From contig CBFFRP010000219.1 in the NCBI GenBank assembly GCA_965644295.1, forward strand, positions 124,001 to 188,000: a stretch of 64,000 nt of DNA, written 5' to 3'. Origin of the DNA: Paraphysomonas bandaiensis. Lineage: Eukaryota > Protista > Chrysophyceae. The position numbers and the translations under genes were made by a program. The notes under the pieces are model-generated. The model saw nothing but the letters and a program-made list of their open reading frames with translations. It was not told the origin of the DNA and did not search any database. Below, piece after piece: positions 37,171 to 51,800 of the stretch (positions are counted from its first letter, which is position 1; each line of letters opens with the position of its first letter).

Positions 37171-39157
37171 CTATGAGGAAAGTGATGATATTTGACTCTG
37201 TACTGTTTCCATCCAACCATTCATGTCGTCACCAGTTTCAAAACCTACTTCAACTGTCACAACTCCTGTCTCCGACATTATATGAAGTTCGGAATCCTGC
37301 GATCCAATTGACTCATTGGGATCACCGTGTGGCGAAGTGCTATTGTCTATTAGATCTTCGAATATTAGAGTGTGGGCACCCAATACGAAGTTACTTGTCA
37401 CCCGAACACTACTCGAGCGAGTCACCAAAGCGTCAATATGAACTTTGGATCCTAGTTCTGAGGTTTTGCGAATGAAAAGCCTATTCTGATTAATACCCAA
37501 CCACACCTATATAGAACAAGTAACGTTACCACAAATTCTGACAGCTGTTTAAGATACCAAGGGGAAAAAACATTGAAAAACAGAGATCATACCTTCTTCT
37601 TTACATTCTGCTTCGAAATGAGCCCCCTTCTACCCCTCATCACGAAGACATTTGACGATTTTTCTGCAGGTGGTATAGGAGTGCAATTTTTCAACGAAAG
37701 GGATCTCTCTGAAGGGGGTGTGGGTGTACGGAGGGGAGACGTACGGGCCGTCCGCGATGGACTTTCTGGACATGGAGAACTAGATTTGGGATGGGCTTCC
37801 GCTAAAATATTACATATTAAATATTAACGTAGTATTCAACATAGCATACGCTCTCAGCAGTGTACGCAATATAACGAGAGACATGAAACAAAATCACCTA
37901 AATCGTGTACAACATCGTTACCTTCAGCTTGTACGAAATCTCCGAATTCAAAGTCATCATCATTCTCCGAATTAGTACAGCCCACTACAACTTCATCAGT
38001 CGAGGGCGGAATCGGAGCTGCGACTACTTTCTTTTTAGCAGGGAGTGATTCAGCGGCTTGCTTCTGAGGAGGCAGAGGCGGATCGGATTTAGCTTGCTCC
38101 TCAGTGTGCTGCGAAAAGTGATTAAAATCAGCGAAAGTCCCAAAAGATTCCGGTTCGGCGATAACGCCTTGAATTCCAGTACCGGCAGTATTTAGAACAC
38201 GGGTATACAACTCCGGTTCTGGAAGCATATTGACTAGCAAGATCAGATCATCAATGGATAGTCGCTGGGAAGGGTCCGGGCGGAGGCAGGCAGCAATAAG
38301 AGTGTGAAACTCGGGAGGCCAGGGAGAGGACTCGGGGACGTGAAAAGACCCCGACAAAACAGCTAATGTAGAAAGGCCATCTATAGGGCTTTCGAATGGA
38401 GTGCGGGAAAATAACATCGAAAATATGGTGCACCCTATGCCCCATACATCTGTTTTCCCATCGACAGTGCACTGGCTCGGTGTGTCGAAGAGCTCGGGAG
38501 CACGAAACGAAGCAGTAGTATTGCTTGCCGCATCCTCTTGCACAAGCAGGGCCTGACTACGGCTTGTAATTTCCGTCACAAGTGGCTGTGCACTTCCAAA
38601 ATCAGTAATGACTGGTGTCATATTTCTATCCAATAAGATGTTCGCTGGCTTGAAATCTCCGTGGCGATAACCAGCGCTATGAATCGCCTTGGTACCATTC
38701 ACGCACCCAGATATAATTCTATTCGCAAGAGACCGTTTTGAAAGACCACACTCAGGAAATCCTGGACCTTTCTCAATAACATCTTGAAGAGACATACCAA
38801 GCAACGGCAAAACAAGAAAAGCAACGTACTGGTTCGACTTATTTGTACTGAATGAACTTTCAATCAATGCGAGAACGTTTTCATGCTTAATCATGGATAA
38901 AAGTTGTATCTCCTTTTTAGCTTCTTCGATCTGGCTCTCAGTTTGGCATATCATTTTCTTTAGTGCAAAGTGCTCACTCTGGCCGGAGCGTTTTATTTTG
39001 TACACATAAGCAAAAGCCCCTTCGCCAATTTGCTCCTTTGCATAACAGGTCAGTCATATGAGATCAAAACAACTAAAAAAGAACTAACCTCAATCAAATA
39101 CTTTCCACCGTTAACATCCACAGTGCGTGACTTCTTCAGTAAGTGATTGATCAACAT
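37171..39157 (-). CDS. NAK-family (STK16-like) Ser/Thr kinase with a C-terminal PH-like domain, multi-exon
   Basis: QIGEGAFAYVY, FALKKM, HGDFKPANILL, ITDFGS, NAK-type activation segment SRSQALLVQEDAASNTTASFRAPELF, KTDVWGIGC. C-terminal VMRGRRGLISK...KVWLGINQNRLFIRK...GWMETV. Confidence 0.9.
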
Positions 39158-39851
39158 GTTGGATACAACAATATAACAAAATCTCGCTGAAAATGATTAC
39201 TGCTTACTACTCATGGGTACGACAAGTGTCTTGTAAATACACGCAATGGCAAACAAGTCAGATATTCCAGTTATTGAAGTATCTGGTACAATCTCGTGAG
39301 CAAGTAAGCATAATGTAGAGTGTAGTGGTGAATATATACATACACACAGAGCTTGTACAGTTGCATTATAAAATTTTTCGCTCCAAGTACACACCCTACG
39401 CACTCTGTATACCATATATCTATGTGGTATTCCTATTGTAGCACAGACTGAAAATACACTACAATATATACTGTGTATATTGTACGAACGAGAAGTAAGG
39501 ATTTACTATGTAAACTACGTACCGTATCGTAAGTATTCCTACTGTGATATCCACATGGATATAAACATTTTTTTGATTTTGTGTTGTATTCTCGACAAAA
39601 AAATTATTTTGCTTTTCCTGAACTGTTCTTTGTATGGGTCAGGAAATGGTACGAATAAGGGTTCATGTATGTACATGTATCTGGTATCCGGGTGGAATCT
39701 ATACTCATATGCGAAGTCAATCATATATTAGTTAGTTAGGAGTGAACACTCATATATATAAACAACTAATTTAATATATAGGTACGGTTGATATATATCT
39801 ATATGTAATTTATATCTATCTGCTTATATGTTCGACAGGATCATACTCGCC

Positions 39852-42800
39852 ATGAATTCGTTTACAGATTGGCCGAATAATCCGGAATTATTAGTGAACA
39901 AGCGAGTGGAGGTCGCGTGGAAAAATAATCGTATGTACAAGGGGTGGGTGATGGGGTATAGTAGAGAGACTAAAATGCATAGTGTTCTGTTCGAAGACGG
40001 ACAGGAGAAACACTACAACATGTTCACCAAAACATTTCGAATAGTAAGGCGTATCATATATCTGCTTATAAATAGGGTTGATATGTATGGCAGGAAGGAG
40101 AAGCCAGACGTTGGAAGCCGGAGGACTCAAAGGCAGCAGTGCGACATTCAGTACCTCAAACATCTCGAAACCCCCTGCACACTGGGTACGGATACTCTTC
40201 TGGTGTAGGTGGAACAGCACTGACGACAAGTGCATACTCAACGGCACCGTATATGTCTAGGTATAATAAATGTTAGTCTTCAAATATCACGATATGAGCT
40301 ATTTGTTTTAGGACACCAGGATCCCAAACTTCCGTCGTATTTCATGTTCTGTTGGATCCACATTGCGTAGATGAGAACGATAGGGTTGTAATAAACGGAA
40401 ATCTTCCAACACTGAGTGGATGGGGTGCTGGGATAGATATGGTTCAGTCTGCTACGAATCCCAGTATTTGGTCAATATCTTTGAACGTTCCATTCAGTAT
40501 GACAGACTCTTGTGTTTATGGCATATTCAAACATCGCTACGAAATTGTGACTGCAGATGGAAACATTGTGGAAGGAAAGGCCGACAGATCTGAACAGACG
40601 CTTCGACATCAGTACTTTCATATATTTCGACCTAATTATCGTCATTCAAGAGTACGTTTGCATATATATGTTAATTTCACAGTATGAGTTGTTTTCAGTT
40701 CCGCGGAATGGTGGAACCTACCGGCAAAAGTGCTTATCAGCAATTCTGCAGCGAGTTAATAGCACTATACACAACTGACCAGATTAGTATACGCGAGGCC
40801 TTTACGTATCATAGAAACCTGACTGCATGTGTCACTAATGCACGACGGGTACACGCGGAGGAGATATTCGAGGACGCCCTCGAGGAGGTGAGATATTTAT
40901 ATCACCAGAGAAGATGGATTCATATTTACACTAGGCGGAGCTGTCCACGAATATTTCCGCATTGTATATAGGATTGATTGGTTCATTTGGATTAACCTCT
41001 GAGGAAAATGTGTATAGCACAGGTCAAGGAGGCATGGGGACATTCGGTACGTCTTACACGTATGTAAACGGGATCAAGGTTGAGAATCCCAGAGTCGGTG
41101 CATATGGAGTATCAACTAACATTACCAAGCGGCGTCCGCCAAAACCAACTGTATGGGTTTTTCACTGTGCTAATAATTTGGATGTTGCTGCTCTATATCA
41201 ATTGCATTGGGAAGAAGAATTTGGACCTAATTATCGCTGGGTAAGTCGTGGAGTTGCCGAAGCCATTGAGCGTCTGTCTGAGCATGGTTTCTATGAATGG
41301 TTGAAACTGATTCCACTGGCCACGAAATGTAACGTCAATCCTCATATTGCGTGTAATATTAAAGATTACGGGGAAAGAGAGCGTAAGTTCATGGCAACAA
41401 CAGACAATTTGATATCATTGATAGTGGACCAGCATAGTCTCATCACCACAGAAAGGATGCGGGTGTTACCCCTCACGGGAACAACACCTGTTTGTGCGGA
41501 TTCTAGTTGTGGTGATGTGATTGGTTTTGGAGGAAAACTTGGAGCAGAAAATGAATTCTCTGTGTTCAAGATGGAAACACTAGCTCGTGGTTGGTTGCAA
41601 GCTCTTATCGTTCACGCCCCGTCGTTGAATATAGTGTCTGAAATTGTTCGTCGAGGTTTGATCGAGACCACCAACGAGATCCTACAGCATGATCTTCTTG
41701 CTGCAATTTCTCTCAGAGTTGAGGAAGAAGAATGGTCTAAACTTGGATTTGAATCACTTGAGTGTATGCTACAGCAAATGAACTTCCTGTGCTGTCCTGA
41801 GATCGCCGTTGGACTGCTGAAAAATTCTGCTGTCGATAATGAAACCGAAACTCTCGTTCACCTTATAGATTTATGCGTCCGAGAAAAGAAATGGAAAACA
41901 GAGACTGCTCCCGACTCGAACGAAAGTAAAGTCAGTCACGAAGATAGTCACAAATCTTTAGGAATGGGTAATTTATTAACAGGCCTAGTGGGTATATGGC
42001 ATGAACTAAATTGCGCGGCCAAAGAGTGGATCTGTAGAAAGCACAACGCTGAACCGGCCCCTGAAATGGTTACTGTTGAAGAGCGCCGAGATAATAATCC
42101 GTACAATTGGGCTTTTAATGCTTGGGGCACTATGTACAGCGGCGAAAAACGACCGAAAAAACTAACAGAGAGTGAGAAGAGAGAGCAACTTCGTGTGCAT
42201 ATGGAGCTGGCTTTATATGATATCAACTCCCTCATGCATGTTCCTTTCTTCTCATCTAACCCTACTGGGCTGCTGTTCGAGCTTGGAAGATGCTGGTTTA
42301 TGCGAGCTTCGAATGTTCAGCAAGCAACATTGGAATTAGATGCGCTGTGTTTTATTGGGAGCAAAGACATCTCACGCGCTTTTGCTATATATATACCTCC
42401 CCTTGCAGCTTTCCTGGAATCAGCAACCCTCAAACTAATTAGAGCACTTGTATCGCTAGGATCAACCTACATCGATTCACTCCGTACTGTGACTAGCACT
42501 TTGAATTCTCGTTCTGCTTTAGGTCATCTTCTAATTTATCATTTGGCTCAAACAATGTGGTCCGGTGAGGCAGAACCGACGTTGTCTCTACCCACTGATT
42601 TTCAACCCCCTCTAAACTCTGTTCTTGAACAGTGTGTGTTTTGGCACGAAATATCAATATGGATCGAAAACGGCATCGAAGACAGTATTCTACGAAGTCT
42701 TTTTGCATCTGTCAAAGGTCTTATATTTGAGTGTGTGAATAGTATTATGAATGGATCCTGCACGCTTCGGTGCATGCACATCATTATCCAGAACGAGTCA

Positions 42801-45800
42801 GCTTTTTTTTTTCTGTTGCGTGAGTTTGGATGTGTTGTGAGTGGCATGCAGGGAAGTGATGACCTCCAACCTTATGTGAAGAGTGTTCATGAGTTCGATA
42901 ATTCATTAGGGCAATTACAAACTTATGCGTCTTTCTTTTGTTCGTGTGGAATACGTGTTGAAGCGGCGAGTGTGAGGTCATTAGTTGAAAATTTAAGAAT
43001 TCGTTATGATTCTATTCAGTGGAATGAACTCCAAGGGGCTTTTGATGGAGTCCTGGCGATGAAATACGTTGGATGGCTGTATCAGCTGCGTGGTAGTGAG
43101 TTATTTTTACAGCAGTGGAGGTTAATTGGACGCGATATATGCATCGATGCTGTGGAAGGAGCTCGAACGGTTCTGATGGAAGGAGAAAACAGCAACGACA
43201 CTTCTCAACAAGATGTGACAGAAAGTGTAATGGCGGATCTGGCAGCACTGCAACGGGAAGAAGATGAGGACGAGGGAGCTTTTGCCGCACGAGTTGCCTT
43301 AGTAGCGGAAGAAATGCAGGATAGAGTGCAGGCTCAGTTCGATGTTCAAGATCGAAGAAATGATATTCTTTCACAGGGTGAGTGTAAATTGTCAAGATTT
43401 TGTAAATGCTTGATATATGTAATCGCAGTTGACGAAGTTGAACTATCTCAAGATGTTGTTGTCAATAAGTTAATACCGGAAGTGTATACTGCGTGGAGAA
43501 AATTGGCTGTGGACACATTTTCAGGAGCTTTGGGTATAAAGGAATTGGAGAACTATTTCATAGATTTAAAAACAGATGCACAAATACTGGAGGAATTGTC
43601 ACTGCTCTCAACATGTGATTTTTCAGGCACCCCAATGGACAGTATGTCTTCTTCTGTTTTTCTGCAGCAAACACTTACCCGTTTAAAGGATTATCACTTT
43701 CTCTGCAAACTTCATACATGGCTGCCGTCATTAATTAAGCTTCATCAACAGTTACAATCACTGTTCGCTAATTCAGTGAATGAAGATTCGTTTCATATCA
43801 CGATGCAGCGCGCTTTGGTTGATATTCAGTTACGAATTAAAACTTTGGACTTGCAGTCTATTTCTGGAGTTGTTTTCTCCTTGAAAGATGTTTTCTCCCG
43901 CTACACTGCTGATCGATTGGACTTTTTGTCTGTTCTGAGTAGCTCACCAAACTTAATTGCCTGGCTACTGCAGAGAAGTAGCACCGAAGAATTCAACCGC
44001 CTTCTCCAAGTTGTGAGGCCTTGTACAGATGAGCCCAGGATGCTGAGTGCCATTGCTTCTTTGGTACATATTCGAACAATTCTTATACAAACTCTGTACG
44101 TCTATCCTCCTTACGAATCGCTGGAAAATTTCTTGGATTCTGTCAGCACTAATTTAGACTTGGAAGATCCCACGGTATCTGGTAATGCATTGTGGCACCT
44201 CAACAATATTATCAGTAGCTTCGAAGGCCTGATGGAGGTATTTGAAAAACAGACAAGAAGTCCTGGCGTCAAATCTTGTTATGACCTTAAAGAGATTCTC
44301 GACCATGGTACTTTCGTTTTAAAGGCCTCATCGAATCATGATTCTGTGCTCACTGTTGAGTTAGCTGCGAAAATGACCCTGGATGACCCCAAAATGGATG
44401 ATATACCACCTGGTGTCACTGTTGAGTCCATGGAGTATCTGTTGGATTTGCGTAGCAAGTTACTAATGACTGAAATCCCAGCTGAGCTTGAAGCTCAATT
44501 GAATGCTTCGGTTATGGTTGATGCCTTTGTCCAGCAATTGCAAGTGATGGCAGAACTCAGCGATGTGCTGGTGAATTTGTGTTCTACCGGCCATGTTGGA
44601 TATCAAAAAGGTGTGAATATGATTTTGCAGTAAAATAGTCTTTATTGTAACATCTTTCTAGGTTTCGAATTAAAGGTGAAATTTACCCTGGATAGTGACT
44701 TGTTTCTGCGCAAAGAGTTAATGAGGTTGCAACGCGAGTCATCAAATTGGGCAATAGAAGTTAAAGAATGCAGAACAAAGTATTTCTATCTCAACTTTTA
44801 TAGCATGCGCGAAATACTGCGATTGCGCTCGCTTTTGGAGACTGTAGTCCATCAGGAAAAAGAGGAGATGGATCATATGTGTGAGACGCCATCACCGTGC
44901 AATGCACCTTCAGATGTTCCTGAAGAACCCCCCCGAGGATTACCCCAATGTGATACCTCCGTTAATAACATATATCTTATCATAGACTCTATGGAACAAT
45001 TGGGATTTCAAAGGTAACTTGCATGATTTTTCACAATACTCCTTACGCTTCCTAGGGACTGGTGCTACGCGTCGTTGAGACGTACTGGATATAATTTAGA
45101 GGATGCAATTGAATTTTGCTTTTCGAATTCACAAATGATGGATCGTTTCGTAGTTGAAGACTCCACACAATTGTTAGAAGGGTTTTATACAGGGGATGAA
45201 CACTGCGATATATGTCATGATCCCGATGACACAGCAGCGTACAACGAAGGAGATATTGCTAATCCAGTGGATGAAATTCTTGGCTTGTTGCATTTAATTA
45301 GTTCTTCTGTTGACGTACTTCATGCTCTCAGGATGGTGCAGCTATGGAAAGATACGATGGATGATGAGAAATCACTTCTTAGTCGACTTGGCTCTATATT
45401 ATCCACCCTTTTTGACAGTACAGTACAGAAACCTCGTAAAATTGATGTTCCTGTTGATGGCACTGCAAATAAAGCCGACATGCTTATTCTCTTGAATGAT
45501 GATTCAGAAAAGCAACTTCCTGTATTTGTTGCGTGCACTGAAGATCCACTCTTGGTTATTGACACTGTGCTGTCTGTGTACATCCGGCGTGGTCGCCTAC
45601 CTGAACCAGGGGAAGTTATATTTTGCACACCAGAGACAACATCGGAGGAGATTAATATAATACTACTTCGATTTATACTAGCGAAGAAGTATGATAAGCA
45701 TGAATCTATAATGTGTATAGCGGATTTACACTCGCTGCCATATACTTTGCAATGTTTTCTTGTTGAAAAAATGAAAGCATTGTTCACGGAATTTGGCCAG

Positions 45801-48800
45801 GAGTATGCATCAACACTAGTTATTATCAGTGGCTTGCCACGCCAGGTGGCTTTGAATGCACTGTCATCTCACTCAGTAGACTTACCTCCATTACCTGTTA
45901 CACAACTCCGTAGGAGCTGTGCGGAAGCATTTGAAAAGCATATGGGTGACACAATATGCGTGGCAAGTCGTATCAATGGTGGAGGTAAGACTCACTTCAT
46001 TCAGAATGACATTGCCCAGAGGCAGATGTGCGGTGAATTGATTCTCTACAAAAAGGTGCCCTTGAGGGAGTCTACTACGTCGAAACACTTAGTTGCGTTG
46101 CTCTCTGCGGACTGTGCACTACGAAAAATGGTTTCCTCGCCTGAAACTGCCCATGCAAAGCTTGCATTTCACATCGACATTTCCCACATTATACCATCTG
46201 CAGCCAATACGATGTTGTTTCAGGTATATTTTTATTTGTGTATGTATTGGTTGATATAATATACCAGTTGCTGTTGGTGGGTGTGTTGAGAGACTCTGAA
46301 TCGTGTCGAGTTTACTATCGGAATCCTGTAGATATTGTCAGGATTGAACTTCCGAATTCACCAAGGAATAAGACGACGGAAGCACTTCGATTATGTAACC
46401 TTTTTCCGCAACAGATATTGGAAGTAAATTCAGAAAACTTATCATTTACGAGACCTGTTGTGCAGAAACAAGCAACTGACATGTACCCTTCTCCAGGAAC
46501 CAAGATCTCGCTTGAAGACTACGTCGAGCTGCAACATGTGTGCAAGTGGCTACGTGCGGTGCGAGGGGGAAAGGTTGAGTACGGTATGTGAAATGAGCAC
46601 TGCTCTGTATATTGTCATTGTTTTCTTCTTCAGGCGGTAGTATGTACAACCCTACATATTCGCCGTGGACTGACGATAATATAACTGCCGAGGAATGTTT
46701 TGCACTGTTGTCTGCTGAATGTTGTAAACAGGATGGCCCTGCGCCTTATCCGTCTTGGGCGATCTTTCACTCATTTATTTTATTTATGCATATGCAATTC
46801 AATGCTTTGGAGAAGTACCCCTTGTTGCAAGGCGAAGTTTTGTGTGGTATTGATGGGTTAGAAAATTTCAAGCACGTTTTTGTCGGACTATTAATTGAGA
46901 CATCAACAGATTTTTCCCTCCGATCAGTCCCTCAAGTCGATAGAGTGGGTCCTTTGCCAGGTTCACACTTTGCGTCTGGAGACGAGTTTGAAATTGCATT
47001 AGATATCATGCCTGAAAATGATATCGCCGAACTTCCCCCGCCGCCATCAGTGGTACTGGAAACGAGTCGTGAGGTTCGGAAGGGTGCCCAGCTGTCGGGT
47101 TCGCTTAACCCACCTGCTCTGGTGCAGCAATCCAGTGAAGAAGTGGCACGAAGATTTCAGAATATGGTTTCTTGGGAAGATAGCGATCATCCTGTTGTTG
47201 CTTTTAAAATGGACAGATATCAAGAAGTGTTAGGAGTTGATATACTTAGCTTGAATTCGAGATTTGTTGATCGATATATTCAGGGGCAATTGAAGCGTAG
47301 TCTAGAAGAAAACCGCTTTGACTTCAACAGAGACTGGACTAAAATAACGAATGAAGAGGGGGTCCTTAAACTACGACAAATAGAAGGGTTGTCTGAGCAC
47401 CACAGAGGCGGAGTTATGGCTCTCGAGTCTGGCTATGTCATGACTGTTGACAACATGCTCAAGATGTTGAGCATTCAGCTTCGCATGCGATTTAACTTAC
47501 CGGTAGTAATAATGGGAGAAACAGGATGCGGGTATGCAGTATGCTGATATTTTTAACATTTGATAATATTTCTTTCGTTTAGGAAGAGTACGTTAATTAG
47601 AAATATGTGTGCTATTTTAGGCAGCTCACTGCACATCTTGAACATTCACGGTGGTATGCAAGATACCGATATCATTGGTTGGATGAGACAGAAAATCGAC
47701 ATTGCTTTACGTATGAGAGACCCGACTGAAAGACTTGTCATACTCCTGGATGAAATCAACACGTGCAATTGTATGGGTCTCTTCAAAGAAATTGTATGCG
47801 ATCGTACACTTAACGGTCAACCATTTCCCTCTAAAATGAAAATCATTGCAGCATGTAACCCATATCGACTCCGTACCACTACAAACCTTTATGGTGGTGA
47901 AGAAATGGCTGGATTGGTATTTGACAACGCACAACATTTTAATTCCTCTAAAATGGAAAACGTTGGTACTGGTATCAAGGACCCTCTCAGAAATCTTGTG
48001 TACCGCGTACATCCTTTACCAGAGTCACTTATAGATCATATATTTGACTTCGGCTCTCTCTCCAGTGATACAGAGAGCTTATATATCAAAGCGATGCTTC
48101 GGAAACAGTTGGAGATGTACACTGAAAATTCTGATGCCGAATCTCGAGCGTCTCCTCAGGAAAGACGAGAACAGCCGTTGTATCAATTCTACTCCCGTAT
48201 GTCTCAATTTGATGAGTTTGTAGAGGTGTTTTCTACGCTAATATGTGAAGCTCAAGAGTGCATTCGGCAATTGGCTGATGGGGAAAGGTCGTCTGCATCA
48301 CTAAGAGATGTTGCACGCTGCATTAAAGTGTTTATATGGTTCGGTGAGCACCTCGCAAGTACTGTCGGCTCAAAGGAACAGTGGTCGCGTGAAGAGTTTT
48401 TTAATATTAAACCTCGAGCTCAGAAATATGTTCGTAGGGCTGTCATCCTCTCTCTGAGCTATTGCTATCATGCGCGACTGGTATGTATTGCGCAGAATAT
48501 GATCCCTTAACCGTATTTTAACTTTTATGGTGTAGCCACGTGCAGAACGGCGAATATTAATCAACACCATAACCAATACATGGAGGTCATTTCAAGTTAC
48601 AGCTACACCGGGAGCTTATAGTGGCCTGTATAGTCAAGGCTATGCACATTACTTTCGAGCGAGTTGTCGTTGGCTTAACCTGGACTACAGCAGTTTCATA
48701 AGTATACTAGAAGAGACGCAAAGAGAGTTTGTATCCGTCATGAACTTAGGGGACGGTATTGCCCTTAACGAAGCTCTATGTGAAAATCTTTTCATGATAT

Positions 48801-51800
48801 TATGCTCCATTCTGAATCAAATTCCTATTTTTGTAATTGGAAAACCAGGCTCATCAAAGTCACTTGCAATGGGACTTATCCAGGCCAATCTTAATGGAGA
48901 TGCATCTGATAATGAATTTTTAAAATCGTTACCAGCAGTTGAAGTGTTTTCCTATCAATGCTCTCCTCTGTCTACGTCCGCCGGAATCGAACAGGCTTTT
49001 GAATCTGCTCGTCGGTACAAACGTGAGGCTTCTAACACAGTTGTGGTCGTACTTCTTGATGAAGTGGGATTGGCGGAACAGAGTCCTCATCTACCATTGA
49101 AAGTATTGCACAAGGTTCTGGATGAGGCTGGAGGAAGAGAGGCGGTGGTCGGTATATCTAACTGGTCACTTGATCCGGCGAAAATGAATCGAGCTGTACA
49201 TTTGTATCGTCCAGCTCCCACTGTGGAAGATCTCTCACTTACTGCAGAGGGTATGGTACGTTCTGCTAATCTCAAAGGTTACCTCCAAGAAATTGCGAGG
49301 GCTTATAATGAAATATATCACAAACAAGAACATCCGGATTTTTGGGGATTACGAGAGTTCTACAGCACCGTACGAGCTATCAACAACTCCTTAACTCGAA
49401 AGAAGGAAACATCTTGCATCGAGGCTGTCGCGTTAGATGGAGAAATGTTGATGCGTGCGATATTACGAAATTATGGCGGAAGACCTAATGAAATGGAAAG
49501 TATTGTGAAATGTTTCTTCAGGCGTCTGGGACTTCCAGTGTCGGAGTCTTGGAGGGAAACAACGATAGAGTCCTTAGTTCGGAGCAATTTACAGGAGCCA
49601 GAGGCTCGTCATCTTATGTTGTTGACGAAAAACAATGCTGCGCTCAGTCTGTTGTTGGATCGAAATATTTTACATCAGGAGGATACAGAAATAATATTTG
49701 GATCAGACTTCCCATTAGATCAGAATGACTTACAAGTTTGCGTGAATATTCAGCGCGTAAAGCTTTGTATGGCTGAAGGAATCACTGTTGTTCTAGTGCA
49801 TTGTGAATCACTATACGAATCTTTGTATGACCTGTTAAATCAGCATTATGTGGAGTATGGAGGTCAGATTTACGTCAGACTTGCTTTTGGGACTTACACA
49901 CGTCTCTGTCCTATTCATCGGATGTTTCGTGTAGTTGTAGTTGTAGAGAAAGAAGAGGCCTACACTAAACTCGCCCCTCCGCTGTTAAATAGGTTTGAAA
50001 AACAAGTATGAAATGAGCATTTTGTGCTGTTTGTAAGCTGAACTTTGTGTTTCAGGTTTTCGAGAGGTCAGATGTGCTTAGAGCGTCTCACGACACAGTT
50101 TTGACGCGACTTTATAAGTTTGTGTCAGCGTTTGCTTCTGCTGGTAGTTCATTGAACTCCACATTGATGAAAACAAATGTGTCCTGGACCGCTCTCCGCA
50201 GTGCGTTTTGTGGTTTCCATTCTGATATGCTCAGTTCACTCATAATAGCTACCGAATCACAGTATGCAAATAACCCCCTTCACGCAGATAATGAAGAACT
50301 CAGTGACGAAGAAGTTTTGTTTTGTGAATGTGTGAGGCGGTTGCTTTGGATCGCAACTCCGGAGGCTACTTGCAAGCTGATAACAACCGATGGTGGTTGT
50401 AGATTAGCAGACTTAAATCGGGAATTTGGAATTGACTGTCGTAGCGAATACTTTAACTATCAGTTTCATTCATCTCTCCCTGGGTTTTCGACGGCAATGC
50501 TTGACCAGTGGAGCGATAAATTGGGGTCACAAATTATTCTAATGACCTATTCAGCACTTACTAATGATGCAGCCTCTATAATTCGTGATCAGGGGTTTGC
50601 TGTCACGCACGTTGTTTTGCATGAGCTGGACCAGGAAAGAGAGTTGCGACAGTCTGTTTCAGATTTTTTTAAAAAATCGGTGTCAGGTAGCACGCTTTTG
50701 GTGCAATGTGATCCTCTGGCAACTTCTCGAAGACGAATCGAGCATGCAAAATTTATGATTGAGTTAATAAGAGCAAAGAAGATAAAGCAGATGGAGGCGG
50801 AAAACAAATTTCTTTTTGAAAAAGGTGATGAGCATTATAGAGACGGGCATGAGTTTAAAGCTAGTTCAAACGACGGAATAGATCAGAAACTTCAACCGCC
50901 AGCTGATGTATGTGAGGACTTGGATCGGCATGGGTATGAAAGATCTGGTGAATCTCATGGAATTCATGTTGTTTTGCTTGTACATTTGCCTCGTGGGGAA
51001 ACCAGTGACGAATCAACTTACTCTGTAGACTTTGACACAAGGTGGAGAGTTGCTTTTGTCGATTCGATATCATCTGCGGATGAAAGTGGGTTGCCTGATG
51101 CAGTGTGTATGATTGGCAAAACTATTATTGACGTGTTCAATGAGCTTGATGTACAGAAAGTTTTAGTCAAGACGTTTAGGACTGCGTTGTCCCGTATGCG
51201 ATGCGCATATGACAGGTCTAATGACGATGTGAGGCGGCAAATTTTAAATGTAACCAAATGCTTAAGGAACTCAGAATTTGTAGAAATTATCAAACGAACT
51301 ATTCATAGCCTCCTTCAATACCAGTTTGGATGCAGTAAAGTCAATTGTATCACTGATGCGGCTCTAAATGAACGTGAGCTGCAGCTGGGAGGTTCATTTC
51401 AGGGTGCCCTTCATCGTCAAATATTAGGCACTATATCATCCTTGTTTGCTGTCGCGTTAAGTCATATGGACAGAAATGAAAACCTGGCCTTGTACTTAGA
51501 GGATGAATTGCGTGACTTATGGATCTATTTGTGCAGTCAATCTCTCAATGAATCGTCATTGATGTTGCAGTTAAAGACAAGATCAAAAAATATATATCGT
51601 GCACATCGTTCCACTTCCGTGCAAAATGTTGAGGACATTGTGGAAGTTAAAAACGATTCATTTGGCTCATGTGGAACGTTTATCTCACAGTTTCCGTACA
51701 GTTTCTTTATTATTCCTATTATTGACACGATGCGGAAAGTAAGTGAAGGAAGAGGGGAATCCCAATTAGTGAGTCAGTTTTCGACTTTGTGTCTTCAGTG

